From Fibrobacterales bacterium (lineage in GTDB: Bacteria; Fibrobacterota; Fibrobacteria; Fibrobacterales; JAOPTW01), in assembly GCA_051532055.1 (NCBI GenBank), contig JAOPTX010000026.1, positions 1-38,821 on the forward strand: a DNA stretch of 38,821 nt, given 5' to 3'. Made by a program: the position numbers and the translations under genes. A model generated the notes under the pieces. The model saw only the letters and a list, made by a program, of their open reading frames with translations, made no database searches and was not told the origin of the DNA. Positions 1-9,948 of this stretch are shown piece after piece (within the stretch, counting starts at the first letter, position 1; every line of letters begins with the position of its first letter).

Positions 1-451
1 TCAGCGCCTCCCAATCAGATTCAGTGGGAGTTTTTTTCCAAACGATTCCCCCGTCAGAAGTTGCATAGAGGGTACTGGTTGTATGATCTTTATCGAGACC
101 GTTAATGCGGCCTGCCACTGAATTTGGACCTTTTTCTACCCAGTAACCAGATACCATGCCATCGGCTATGCGGGAATGGTCTCCAGGGGCAGGAGCAGGT
201 ATCGGTGTTTGACTCGTATTGGGTTGCTGACCTAAAAACCGCTCTGTGCGGAGTGCGGCATCAATTGAGTCGATATTTGTTCCCGGAGCTGCAACTTCGA
301 AGTCGTTGCGCCACTGAGCAAATGAGGCTTTGTGTCTCCGTTTTTCAAGTTTTTTGCTCCAATGGTGCCGTGATTCAAGGGATTCTTTGATTATAGGAAA
401 CCAAAGAGAAAGTGCTCCTAGGGTAAGGAGTAGCGCAATTGTTTTTTTCAT
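1..451 (-). CDS. Partial (runs off window) secreted BNR/Asp-box, VPS10-like beta-propeller protein
   Basis: Not in ORF track. Manual translation from ATG at 451 is open to position 1: MKKTIALLLTLGALSLWFPII (signal/anchor) ... GYWVEKGPNSVAGRINGLD...TLYATSDGGIVWKK, resembling the WxExGP..GRI..LYA..GG.W start of such propellers. Confidence 0.75.
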   Translation of the reverse strand, partial: MKKTIALLLTLGALSLWFPIIKESLESRHHWSKKLEKRRHKASFAQWRNDFEVAAPGTNIDSIDAALRTERFLGQQPNTSQTPIPAPAPGDHSRIADGMVSGYWVEKGPNSVAGRINGLDKDHTTSTLYATSDGGIVWKKTPTESDWEAL

Positions 452-737
452 AAAGTATGGTACTTTTTGTATGCCTCACCTGTGTCCCAGTGTGTGTGTG
501 AGGTCGCTGGTAATATATGTTTTTTAGAGTGGGAGAGGAGGTTTTAGAGGTGATTTTGGTATTAAATTAAGAGAGGGGGCAGTCAGTTGTATATCGATAA
601 TTCTCTTCTGTCTTGTGCACTGTCTGTATGTTGAAAGTTTACTTGAGAATCTGTTATGGTAATTTTAAGTTTATACTCAGAAAGATGAGGCTTTTTAGGG
701 GGGCCTCTATACAGTTGTTAACAATAGGTGACTCTTC

Positions 738-2369
738 ATGATACAGATACTTTTCCGCGATCCCACTCGAATATTCTTCATCATTGTTCTATGGTTGATT
801 GTTTTTCTTACAGCATGCTCCGAAACCGTGCTGACTGATACAAATACTGACCGCAAGAGCTCTTCTTCAAGTATTTCGGACGAGAGTTCAGAGCGGAGTG
901 AGGAACAGAGTAGTAGTCTTCTTTCGGGTGCAGAAGAGGGGGTCTCATCTACTGTAACTCTAGAAAGGAGCAGCAGTATCGTAAGTTCAGATGCTGCGCT
1001 ATCAAGCTCAGCTATGCTATTTAACTCATCTGACGAGGGATCTTCTGTAGATCTATCTTCTGATGATAGTCCAACTATAAGTAGTGATGAAGAAACTGCA
1101 ACAGAACGCCGTGACCGCATGAATGCCGAAATAGAGCATGTCTTTGACCAAGATGAGTTGCGTGTATATAATATTATTATTGACTCTTCTGATTTGGCTG
1201 CTATGGACTCCGATCCATCTGCAGAAATTTACTATTCAGCTTCTCTTGAAGTTGAAGGAGAGCGGTATGATAATGTTGCAGTACGATATAAAGGCAATTT
1301 GGGGGCATGGTGGACATCATATGCAGAGCACTGTTTAAGTGGCTTGGGTATAGTTGCTGGAGAGTTTATTGTTGAGGGCCACCGTACGTGTCAGAAACTT
1401 TCTTTGAAAATTAAGTTTAATACCAGTTCTGATCCGGATAGGAGATTTTATGAGCTTAAAAAGTTACAGTTTCATAGTATGAATGGCGACCGGTCTCAAG
1501 TCAGAGAACGCCTTGGCTATTGGCTTTTCAGAGCAATGGGTGTTAAGGCCCCCCGTGCAGTCCATGCAAAAGTTCAGATAAATGGCAAAGATAATGGGCT
1601 GTATGCTCTCGTTGAACAGATAGATGGGCGTTTTACACGGGCCAATTTTGATAATGGAAAAGGTAATCTTTATAAAGAAATTTTACCCATCGACTCAGAT
1701 GATCAGCCACACAATGCTCAGGAATATTTAAACGCACTGAAGACCAATGAAGATGAAAACCCCTCTGTGGCGCTTATGGAGGAATTTGCAGAAGATATAA
1801 TTGCTGCGGATGAGAGCTCTATCAAAGAGGTGATTGAGCAATGGATGGATATTGATGAAATTATTGCACATATGATGGTTAATCGTTTGATTTGGCATTA
1901 TGATGGTCCGTGGAGTCCAGAGGGATTGAAGAACTATTATTTGTATGAAGACCTAGATCGTAAGAAATTTACCCTTGTGCCCTGGGATATGGATCATATA
2001 TTGCATGAGGGAGAACTATGGCCAGGTGTTGATCAGGCTGTAACCCCGCACGCAGGGAGCGCTCAACCTGAGTACCTCAATAAGTTATTGAAGGGGTTCT
2101 CTTTGTTTGAAACAGAGTATCGCCAAGCAGTCATGAAATTTCGTGATGATGTATATCCAAATATAAATGAGAATATTGTGCAGTGGAAAAACCAACTGAG
2201 TCCGGTTACCGCGGAACTCAATACTACATTGGGTGATATCCGGCCATGGCTTCCAAAGGGAGTGTATGGCGCTCCATCTGAGAATGATTGGTTGAAGGAA
2301 TATAACCAAATAGAGTCAAATATAGAACGGTATTCCCTCCAGATGATTGAGTATCTAAACGAGCCCTAG
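738..2369 (+). CDS. CotH kinase family lipoprotein with Ser-rich N-terminal linker
   Basis: Lipobox-like FLTAC, Ser/Asp/Glu-rich linker, CotH-type motifs RYKGN, SLKIKF, LVEQID, YYLY, PWDMD. Confidence 0.85.
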   Translation: MIQILFRDPTRIFFIIVLWLIVFLTACSETVLTDTNTDRKSSSSSISDESSERSEEQSSSLLSGAEEGVSSTVTLERSSSIVSSDAALSSSAMLFNSSDEGSSVDLSSDDSPTISSDEETATERRDRMNAEIEHVFDQDELRVYNIIIDSSDLAAMDSDPSAEIYYSASLEVEGERYDNVAVRYKGNLGAWWTSYAEHCLSGLGIVAGEFIVEGHRTCQKLSLKIKFNTSSDPDRRFYELKKLQFHSMNGDRSQVRERLGYWLFRAMGVKAPRAVHAKVQINGKDNGLYALVEQIDGRFTRANFDNGKGNLYKEILPIDSDDQPHNAQEYLNALKTNEDENPSVALMEEFAEDIIAADESSIKEVIEQWMDIDEIIAHMMVNRLIWHYDGPWSPEGLKNYYLYEDLDRKKFTLVPWDMDHILHEGELWPGVDQAVTPHAGSAQPEYLNKLLKGFSLFETEYRQAVMKFRDDVYPNINENIVQWKNQLSPVTAELNTTLGDIRPWLPKGVYGAPSENDWLKEYNQIESNIERYSLQMIEYLNEP

Positions 2370-2553
2370 AGTTAAAAGAACAGAAAAAGCATAGAGGGAT
2401 TGACTCCGTGGCAATTGACTTCATTATAGAGTTGGTCGTGAGAGTAAAATGGTGATTTAAGCCAATTTCACTCTTTTTTTTCCATAAATGAGTGGCTTAT
2501 TCTATGATTAATAGTATCTGTAATTATGCTGAAATGTAAGCAAAGGCTTCGTA

Positions 2554-4590
2554 ATGCACTCGTTTGAAGAAAAATCAAAAGATCAGTTGATTAGTGAACT
2601 TATTGCCGCCAATGAAAAACTTAAATATTCAAGTGAAGTAATTAATTTAAAGAATAGTGAACTTGAGTCGGCTCATATCCAAATTGAGTCGAATGAAATA
2701 TTACTAAATAAAACAGGTGAGATTGCGAAGGTTGGTGGTTGGTGTATTAATCTGAGTTCTAATACTCTTACATGGACCGATGAAGTATATCGGATTCATG
2801 AACTCGAGCGGAGCTATGAGCCTACGGTAGAAGAAGCTATTAATTTTTATGATCCGGAGTCAAAAGATATCATTCAAGAGGCTGTATCTCACGCAATTGA
2901 ACAGGGAGAGCCCTTTGATGTTGAGCTTGGCATTATTACAAGTAAGGGTAATAACATAGCCGTGAGAGCAATGGGAAATGTTCAAGTTGATGGCAATGGC
3001 GATCAGCTCGTTGTTGGCGTGTTCCAAGATATTACGGGTGCCAAAGACATTAAAAATCGGCTACAGAATATGAATGAGCAACTTCAGCTCGCTATGAAAT
3101 CGGCTAACATGGGTATTTTGGAGTGGGACATTAAAAGTGATACTATAACCTGGTCTGATGAAGTTCTGAGTATTTTTGGCGTAACTAAGGAGTCATTTGG
3201 TGGTACGTTTGATGACTTCCTTGCATTACTCGCTCCTGAGTTTCGTACATCTGTAACTCAACAGACTGAAGAGTTTATGGCGACATCGAAAGAATCTGAT
3301 GTGTTGTTCCTTGAATATGAAATTGAGAAACCCAATGGACAACGAGCGTGGGTCGATGCACGGGCTAAGCTCTATAGAGATGAAAATGGTGAGCCTCGTC
3401 GGTTTATTGGAGTCTCCTCTGATGTTACGGTACGGAAAAAAATGGAAAACCGTCTATTGACTACAGAGAAAATGGAAGCTATTGGACAGCTTGCAGGGGG
3501 GATTGCCCATGATTTTAACAATATCCTTGGAGCTATTATTGGCTATGGTGATCTTATCTGTAGCAAATCAGAATCGGGGAGTATTATAGGGAATTACAGT
3601 GAACAGATTCTGAAAGCAGGAGATCGTGCAAAGGGACTTGTCTCACAAATCTTGGCTTTCAGTCGGCAAATTCAAGAGGAGAAGGTCGCGTTGAGGTTGC
3701 CTCCGATTATTGAAGAAACCCTGGTAATGCTCAAGGCAAGTCTCCCTTCATCAATAGAATTTAAGTGTCACTGTGATGAAAACTCTTATCCCATTCTTGC
3801 TGACCCCGTAAAAATTCATGAAATAGTGTTCAACCTTTGTATCAATGCAGCCTATGCTATGGAAGATAAAGGTGCATTGGAAATGGCGTGCTATAACACG
3901 GAGGTAGATGAGGAGTTTGAAGGGCGTTTTGGAATAATCGTACCAGGGCGATACTCGGTAATAAGGGTAAAAGATAGTGGCTGCGGTATGTCAGAAGAAG
4001 TACTTAAAGCAATATTCGATCCGTTCTTTACCACTAAAGAGGTTGGAGAAGGCACCGGTATGGGCCTCGCAGTAGTATTTGGTATTGTACAGAACTTTGA
4101 AGGGAATATTGTTGTTACTTCTGCTCTGGGTAACGGTTCGACATTTGAAATATATTTACCGGCAACCGAAGTAAAAATTATACCGGACGAAGAAAAAGAA
4201 GGTGACGTTATAGGGGGTAAAGAACATATTCTTTTGATCGATGATGAGTATGTTTTGGGTGAAGTATTTGCTGAACAACTTATGGATTTAGGGTATCGTG
4301 TTACGGTATTTAATGAAAGTACAAAGGCGCTTGATGCATTTACCTCTGATCCAGAATCATTCGATCTCATTGTGACCGATCAGACCATGCCTCACCTAAC
4401 AGGGGTCGAGTTGGCAGCAAAAGTTCAAGATATAAAGAGAGGTGTTCCCATTGTGCTTTGTACTGGTTATGGAAAGATGATTGATGAAACAACCGCCATA
4501 CAAAGTGGTATTAAAGGATTTTTAATGAAGCCGTTTCGTAATGATGAATTGGCAGAAAAAATTCGGAGTGTTCTTTCAGAGCGCATATAA
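2554..4590 (+). CDS. Cytoplasmic hybrid histidine kinase (two PAS/PAC, HisKA, HATPase, receiver)
   Basis: PAS segments (WTDEVYRI, WSDEVLSI), H-box AHDFNN, N-box NLCINA, DSGCGM, GEGTGMGL, receiver LLIDDE...TDQTMP...KPF. Confidence 0.93.
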   Translation: MHSFEEKSKDQLISELIAANEKLKYSSEVINLKNSELESAHIQIESNEILLNKTGEIAKVGGWCINLSSNTLTWTDEVYRIHELERSYEPTVEEAINFYDPESKDIIQEAVSHAIEQGEPFDVELGIITSKGNNIAVRAMGNVQVDGNGDQLVVGVFQDITGAKDIKNRLQNMNEQLQLAMKSANMGILEWDIKSDTITWSDEVLSIFGVTKESFGGTFDDFLALLAPEFRTSVTQQTEEFMATSKESDVLFLEYEIEKPNGQRAWVDARAKLYRDENGEPRRFIGVSSDVTVRKKMENRLLTTEKMEAIGQLAGGIAHDFNNILGAIIGYGDLICSKSESGSIIGNYSEQILKAGDRAKGLVSQILAFSRQIQEEKVALRLPPIIEETLVMLKASLPSSIEFKCHCDENSYPILADPVKIHEIVFNLCINAAYAMEDKGALEMACYNTEVDEEFEGRFGIIVPGRYSVIRVKDSGCGMSEEVLKAIFDPFFTTKEVGEGTGMGLAVVFGIVQNFEGNIVVTSALGNGSTFEIYLPATEVKIIPDEEKEGDVIGGKEHILLIDDEYVLGEVFAEQLMDLGYRVTVFNESTKALDAFTSDPESFDLIVTDQTMPHLTGVELAAKVQDIKRGVPIVLCTGYGKMIDETTAIQSGIKGFLMKPFRNDELAEKIRSVLSERI

Positions 4591-4612
4591 CTACTGCGCT
4601 CATTCACAAGTA

Positions 4613-7018
4613 TTACAGCACGGGAACAAGTGCATAACGACTGCTTGTGCCAAAAGCAACTTTCACCAAATATAAGCCTTTATTATAAGTGTTTATCACC
4701 CAAAGTCCAGCGTTTTCAGATAGAGGTGAGTGGATTTGTTCCTTCACGCGCACTCCATTTAACGTGTATAGAGAATACTTAATGGGTGCAGTGATCTTCT
4801 CTTGAAAATGAGTATTGATACTAACTCGAATCGTAGTGCGCTGCACTGACGTTTGGATTGAAAAGAGAGATTGAGTGAGGGGGCTCGTATAAATGTCGGT
4901 TATGATAGGGGGAATGCTGTCAGTGTTTCCGGTGCTCACTGCTTTTGGAACCGGAGAAGAAAGATACCATTGAGGGCTTTCTGTTGTTCTGAATATTTCA
5001 GTGCCCTTTGAAACCATGTGTGAGTGGAGTTCATCATAGGCTTTTTGGGCTCCGTCTATATTTACCCGAGCTGCAATCGCCATAACATAGTGAAGAATAG
5101 TTAAATAATCATGTCCACCTTTGGGAGCGGGCCATTCTGATGGGTGAGATTCTATTCTTCCATCAAAATTCCAACGGTAGAGTTCAGACCAATCCGTGGG
5201 AAGAATGTAATCCTCAGTAGAACATTCATCACATTTCATCGATTGTAAAATTCTATAGGCGCTCGCATCATACTTGTTAAACTGTGGATGGTTCGACAGG
5301 GTACCTATAGGGAATTTGAGCATATGATCTCTCACTACAGCCATCTCATTAAAACCGAGGCGCACCATTTGATCAAGAGTTGCGATGTAGTAATTGTTCA
5401 TCCACGGGCTACAGCCATGCTGTATTGTGTCATAGGGGAGCGGACTGTTGGGGAAGTCTGGTTCACGGTGTTGACCATTTAAGGTGAAATATCCGAATGG
5501 GTTATTTTTGTAAGCGGTATCCAAATGGGCGACATTATGGTCTATTGTATTTTTAATTTTTTCATTAAAGTATGCCTGTTCCATAGAATTATCAGGGGCA
5601 ATGACTGCTGATTCAACCATGCTGCGGAGACCCCACGCTGCTGCTCTTTCTGAGCCTTTAACAATACCTTTTTCTTTTTCTCTGGTATAGACATAGTGGT
5701 ATAACAGTAGAGATGAGTTACCCCAGAACATCTGTTCTTCCATATAGAAGTAATCACCTGTTATGAGATAGGGGATTAATGACAACGATGGCTTGTGGGA
5801 ATTATCGAGTGTCATAGGGCTATTCATATCACCCTGTTCAAATCCATATAAATAATCTCCCCCTGCCCAGTTGTAGGGGTTTTTCTTAGGAAAGTCATCG
5901 ATGGTTGCGATGAGTCCCGTTGCTCTATTCCGTATATGAGCGGGAAAGCTCCCTGCTTGTTCACCCAGTCGAAGGACGACTTCTTCTGCCCGCCAATCCA
6001 TTGATTGCAGATAGGTGACAGCCCATCCAGGTAATACACCCAAATCGGCTCTTCCGCCTGCCATACCCATTACTGGGGAGATCAACCCCCAGCTCATGAT
6101 CTCTTTGGTACCCTTTTGCCAATGAGTTTCATTATCCCATGAGGTATAGATCTTATCAATGCTTTGTTCGGCTACTCCCAGAGCGGTATCGTACGGGGGA
6201 ATATAGCCTGTAGAAATCAAATATTCTAAATCGTACTGTACACTACTGCGAGGGGGTTCATCACCAATCCAAAAAACGCGTCTCCACCGGGAGTCATGGT
6301 AATGCTTGACCTTTTCTTTAGCAAATACCTGGGTGGGGTTGGAGTGGCCCAATTGTAAATCAACATCATAGTAGACATTGCCACGGGTGTCATGCCATGC
6401 ATTTTCTGCAACTACTGATACTCTCGTGCCATTCCAGCCAGGGTATTTCCTGACCTGATATTGAATGTTGATACTGTTGTGTGGATTAAGAGATGCATCT
6501 TGAATAAGAAATTCAGTGACGATTTCACCTGCAAGCCAAGCTGTATGGTCGGATGACTTTTCGAGTATGGCTCTACTAGAAGTAGATGCCGTTAACGACG
6601 ATTGAGACATTATTGAATCTGGATAAAAATCAAAGGTTACGAGGGCTTCGAAATCACTTTCTAAAAGGTCTCCTTTTTTTAAAGAGTAGGTATTGGCGTT
6701 GCTGCCTCCACTAAATAATTGAACTGAGACACTGCTATTGGCTTGTAGTTCTGGGACAATAAAACTGATAATACAATGACGAATGGTTCCATCAGTATAG
6801 GTGACTTTAATGTCAGTCTGTGTTGGAACTGGAGAACCATTGATATACGCGGTGACTGCATCGCGTGCATCTCCTTGGACCAAGGGGAGGCCCATGGTTA
6901 CGGGGTAATTTAATGTGCTCGTACCAGAAACTTCATTAATGGTCACGGTGGTAATGAGGCTTTGACCAGTTAATATACTGTGAAAACAGAGGAATATCAG
7001 TAATAATCTAGGGTACAT
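4613..7018 (-). CDS. Uncharacterised secreted protein, possibly polysaccharide-lyase-like, with C-terminal T9SS-type sorting-like domain
   Basis: Signal peptide; N-terminal PVTMGLPLVQG beta-rich segment like PcRGLX/YetA N-termini; aromatic-rich core (HKPSLSLIPYLITGDYFYMEE); tail LYTLNG...KGLYLVKV. Confidence 0.6.
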   Translation of the reverse strand: MYPRLLLIFLCFHSILTGQSLITTVTINEVSGTSTLNYPVTMGLPLVQGDARDAVTAYINGSPVPTQTDIKVTYTDGTIRHCIISFIVPELQANSSVSVQLFSGGSNANTYSLKKGDLLESDFEALVTFDFYPDSIMSQSSLTASTSSRAILEKSSDHTAWLAGEIVTEFLIQDASLNPHNSINIQYQVRKYPGWNGTRVSVVAENAWHDTRGNVYYDVDLQLGHSNPTQVFAKEKVKHYHDSRWRRVFWIGDEPPRSSVQYDLEYLISTGYIPPYDTALGVAEQSIDKIYTSWDNETHWQKGTKEIMSWGLISPVMGMAGGRADLGVLPGWAVTYLQSMDWRAEEVVLRLGEQAGSFPAHIRNRATGLIATIDDFPKKNPYNWAGGDYLYGFEQGDMNSPMTLDNSHKPSLSLIPYLITGDYFYMEEQMFWGNSSLLLYHYVYTREKEKGIVKGSERAAAWGLRSMVESAVIAPDNSMEQAYFNEKIKNTIDHNVAHLDTAYKNNPFGYFTLNGQHREPDFPNSPLPYDTIQHGCSPWMNNYYIATLDQMVRLGFNEMAVVRDHMLKFPIGTLSNHPQFNKYDASAYRILQSMKCDECSTEDYILPTDWSELYRWNFDGRIESHPSEWPAPKGGHDYLTILHYVMAIAARVNIDGAQKAYDELHSHMVSKGTEIFRTTESPQWYLSSPVPKAVSTGNTDSIPPIITDIYTSPLTQSLFSIQTSVQRTTIRVSINTHFQEKITAPIKYSLYTLNGVRVKEQIHSPLSENAGLWVINTYNKGLYLVKVAFGTSSRYALVPVL

Positions 7019-7152
7019 AGGTAAGTCACCTCATAGGTTCTGTCACATGTCGGGATAGTAAAAGTATGTATCTATTAAAGAGTTCTCAGTGTATATGTAG
7101 ATCGGATATATATGAGCGTACACTTCTATGTGTACGTAACGAAGTGAGGTAT

Positions 7153-7950
7153 TCAGTGCTTTACCCAAATGTCTTTTTGCTTATCGTATCTACCAGACTC
7201 CATATCTTTGAACATTTGGTCAAATCTACCACTTTCCTTTAATTTATTAAGTCCCGAATTGAATTTTTCGAGGAAAAACTTCTTGTTCTTGCTTTTATTT
7301 GAAATAAAAAGGTGGAGAGTGTTAGGATTAAAAACTTTTGGATGGTGAGTAAACTTTTGAGCAATATCTGGGGAGAATGTATTTCGGATTTGGGCATATC
7401 CTACTATTGGATCATTAGGGAATATATCGAGTCTGTCGAGGAGTAGTTTTTTTAAGTTTTGCTCGTCAGTAGGCACGAATTCAATGGGTATTTCTTTGTT
7501 CTTTATGGCGGTCATTAAATCGAGACCATATTCATATCCTCCTGTACCACCCATTCTATAACGCTTCAGATCATCCATGGTATTCCATTGGATGGTGCGA
7601 CTTTTAAGGTGAAAAAATACAAATGACGTAGAGACTACAGGTGTTGAAAGGAGAAAATTACTGCGACCATCCTCACTATCCCACCAGACTGCAGTGGCAT
7701 CCCACTCTCCATGTTTTGCCAAAAAATATGAACGTTTCCAGGGGAAAAACCCCCATTCAACGGTGATTTCTTCAAGTCTAAAAGCCTCTGTTACAATATG
7801 AGATGCTAGTCCGTATTGATAGCTATATTCAGATAAATAAGGTTCCCATTCCCCATTGGTAATGCGAATGACTGTATTTGAATATGCTATGGATGAAAGC
7901 ATTAAAATAATGGCAATGGAGGTAATTGCATTTCTAGTACTATACATCAT
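7153..7950 (-). CDS. Family 3 periplasmic substrate-binding protein (orphan)
   Basis: Signal peptide, GEWEPY, FFPWKR, LLLDRLD, FNSGL motifs. ATG at 7950 preferred over the track's TTG at 7971. Confidence 0.85.
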   Translation of the reverse strand: MMYSTRNAITSIAIILMLSSIAYSNTVIRITNGEWEPYLSEYSYQYGLASHIVTEAFRLEEITVEWGFFPWKRSYFLAKHGEWDATAVWWDSEDGRSNFLLSTPVVSTSFVFFHLKSRTIQWNTMDDLKRYRMGGTGGYEYGLDLMTAIKNKEIPIEFVPTDEQNLKKLLLDRLDIFPNDPIVGYAQIRNTFSPDIAQKFTHHPKVFNPNTLHLFISNKSKNKKFFLEKFNSGLNKLKESGRFDQMFKDMESGRYDKQKDIWVKH

Positions 7951-8201
7951 TTTTTGATTCTTATTAAACAAAAGAGGCTTCTCAAAAAATAGCTGAAGGT
8001 ATGAGATATGATACTATTAAATAGGGCGTATATACCTGTACTACTCGAAAATAACGACCTTTTCTCAATGGTTATATCAATTACTCATTCTCTGCAAGTA
8101 TTGAACGATATTGAAATATTCTTAATATATATTAATTTGGGTAATCGGGTTTCGCTTTCATAACATGAAAGGATACCACAATATACTATAAAGGAGTATA
8201 G

Positions 8202-9833
8202 ATGCACAGTTCTGTTGCTGATCAGTCTTTGGATTTTTTGTTTGTTCATGTTCCCAAACCAAGTAATTATTACAAACCCTTAGATGAATTTACCTTTATC
8301 AATTATATACCCATGGGTGTCTTTGCAATCTGTGACCTCTTAAATCGTCATGCGGTACGGTCACGCATTAAACATTTAGGTCTCGAAACAATTTTAGATG
8401 AATCCTTTTCTATTGCCGATTGGGTGAACGAACATAAAGTCCCTGTGGTTGGACTCTCGCTCCACTGGCACTATCAGTCCTTTGATGTGATTGATGTCGC
8501 TCAAAAAATTAAAAGAAAAAATCCCGATACGGTTATTGTACTTGGGGGCTTGACTGCCAGTCGCTTTGCCGAAGAGATACTTAGTGAATTTGATTATATC
8601 GACGCAATTATTACCGGAGATGCTGAAGGAGGAATTGTATCATTTGCTCAAACAGCGGTAACCGAAAATAAGGATTTTGAAGCGGTGAAGAATTGTGTTT
8701 GGCGTACAGCATCTGGAGAGGTTATTCATAATGGTACAACCTATGTGGCAGATGGAGCGGCGCTCAGTGCATTGGATTATGCCAATCTTGCTCTGTTAGA
8801 TAATGCACAAAAGTATAGAGAATATTATAGAATGCCTATGTTTTGGATGAATCACGAATCGGTTTCTCAAAACTTAAAAATGCGCTTAGGTGCTGAGTCT
8901 TTGTTCCCGTTAGCGCTCGGAAGAGGGTGCCCTGCAAATTGTACTTTTTGTGGGGGAGGCAGTGATGCACAGAAGAGTATTTGTAACCGTACCGATTTTA
9001 GTGTGCGCAGTGTTGATTCGGTTATTGAGACTATGAAAAGTGCAATCGATCATGGGTATACCGGTTTTATAACCTGTTTTGAGCCGACTCCTGTGGATGA
9101 TCGCTGGAACCTCGAATGGCTTAATGCTATTGGGGAGAATGGAATAGACTGCGGTGTTACTTTTGAATGCTGGGGACTCCCTTCTGAAGCATTCATTCGT
9201 ACCTTCAAAGAAAATACTCAAGGTAACCGTTCGCTCATTGCTCTTTCTCCTGAAACGGGGTCCGAAAAAGTGCGCAGAGAGAATAAATCATTTTATTATA
9301 GCAATGAAGCGTTGTACAAAACTATGGAAACCTTGCTTGAATGTAATGTGTCAACCATACTTTATTTTACTGCGGGAATTCCCGGTGAGAGTGCTTCTGA
9401 CATACAAGAAACTGTTGCGTTAAGTAAAGACTTAAAGAAACGGTTTGGTAAAATTATTGATGGCATTTTCTGTTTACCGGTGCAAATTGAACCCGGTGCT
9501 CCCTTGTTTGAGAATCCAGAGCAATATGGCGTTGATTCAAAACGCTCGTGCTTTTTGGATTTCTATAACTCTCATGGACGGTGTGATTCTGGCCCGTATG
9601 ATTACCTTGGGTATGTGACTGATGCGCTCAAAGAGGCAGATGGAGATCTTGATACTTTTAACAAGCATATTCAAAAAGTACAGTGTAAACATTTTTGTAC
9701 TGCAACTCCGGCAATTATCAAGAAGCTTGGGTTAGAGTTCTTATCACCGCACCTCTGTAAAATGAGGCATAAGCAGTGGAAGAAAAGGGGGCTTGGGAAG
9801 GTTGCGACGGAGAGGCGGACGTTTAGTTCCTAA
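8202..9833 (+). CDS. Cobalamin-binding radical SAM protein
   Basis: B12-binding region (VGLSLHW...VLGGLTAS...GDAE) and RGCPANCTFC CxxxCxxC motif; SD AAGGAG upstream. Confidence 0.9.
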   Translation: MHSSVADQSLDFLFVHVPKPSNYYKPLDEFTFINYIPMGVFAICDLLNRHAVRSRIKHLGLETILDESFSIADWVNEHKVPVVGLSLHWHYQSFDVIDVAQKIKRKNPDTVIVLGGLTASRFAEEILSEFDYIDAIITGDAEGGIVSFAQTAVTENKDFEAVKNCVWRTASGEVIHNGTTYVADGAALSALDYANLALLDNAQKYREYYRMPMFWMNHESVSQNLKMRLGAESLFPLALGRGCPANCTFCGGGSDAQKSICNRTDFSVRSVDSVIETMKSAIDHGYTGFITCFEPTPVDDRWNLEWLNAIGENGIDCGVTFECWGLPSEAFIRTFKENTQGNRSLIALSPETGSEKVRRENKSFYYSNEALYKTMETLLECNVSTILYFTAGIPGESASDIQETVALSKDLKKRFGKIIDGIFCLPVQIEPGAPLFENPEQYGVDSKRSCFLDFYNSHGRCDSGPYDYLGYVTDALKEADGDLDTFNKHIQKVQCKHFCTATPAIIKKLGLEFLSPHLCKMRHKQWKKRGLGKVATERRTFSS

Positions 9834-9837
9834 ATTG

Positions 9838-9853
9838 AGGGGCTTAGGCCCCT
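9838..9853 (+). terminator. GC-rich hairpin just after the radical SAM stop (possible terminator or stabiliser)
   Basis: AGGGGC-TTAG-GCCCCT; no clean U-tract follows. Confidence 0.35.
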
Positions 9854-9948
9854 GGTTGTGAAGTTATTCGCTCTATCTCATCATTATTAGTTCGATTTCC
9901 ATTTCTATTTATCTTCTCATTTGTTTTCCTTTTTTCCTTTTTATAGAG

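Noticed and set aside
707..1120. 137-aa antisense ORF and the other short overlapping ORFs in the track (e.g. 3891-4370, 14250-14591, 31614-31979)
   Set aside because: They are antisense or frame shadows of well-supported genes, with no independent motifs.
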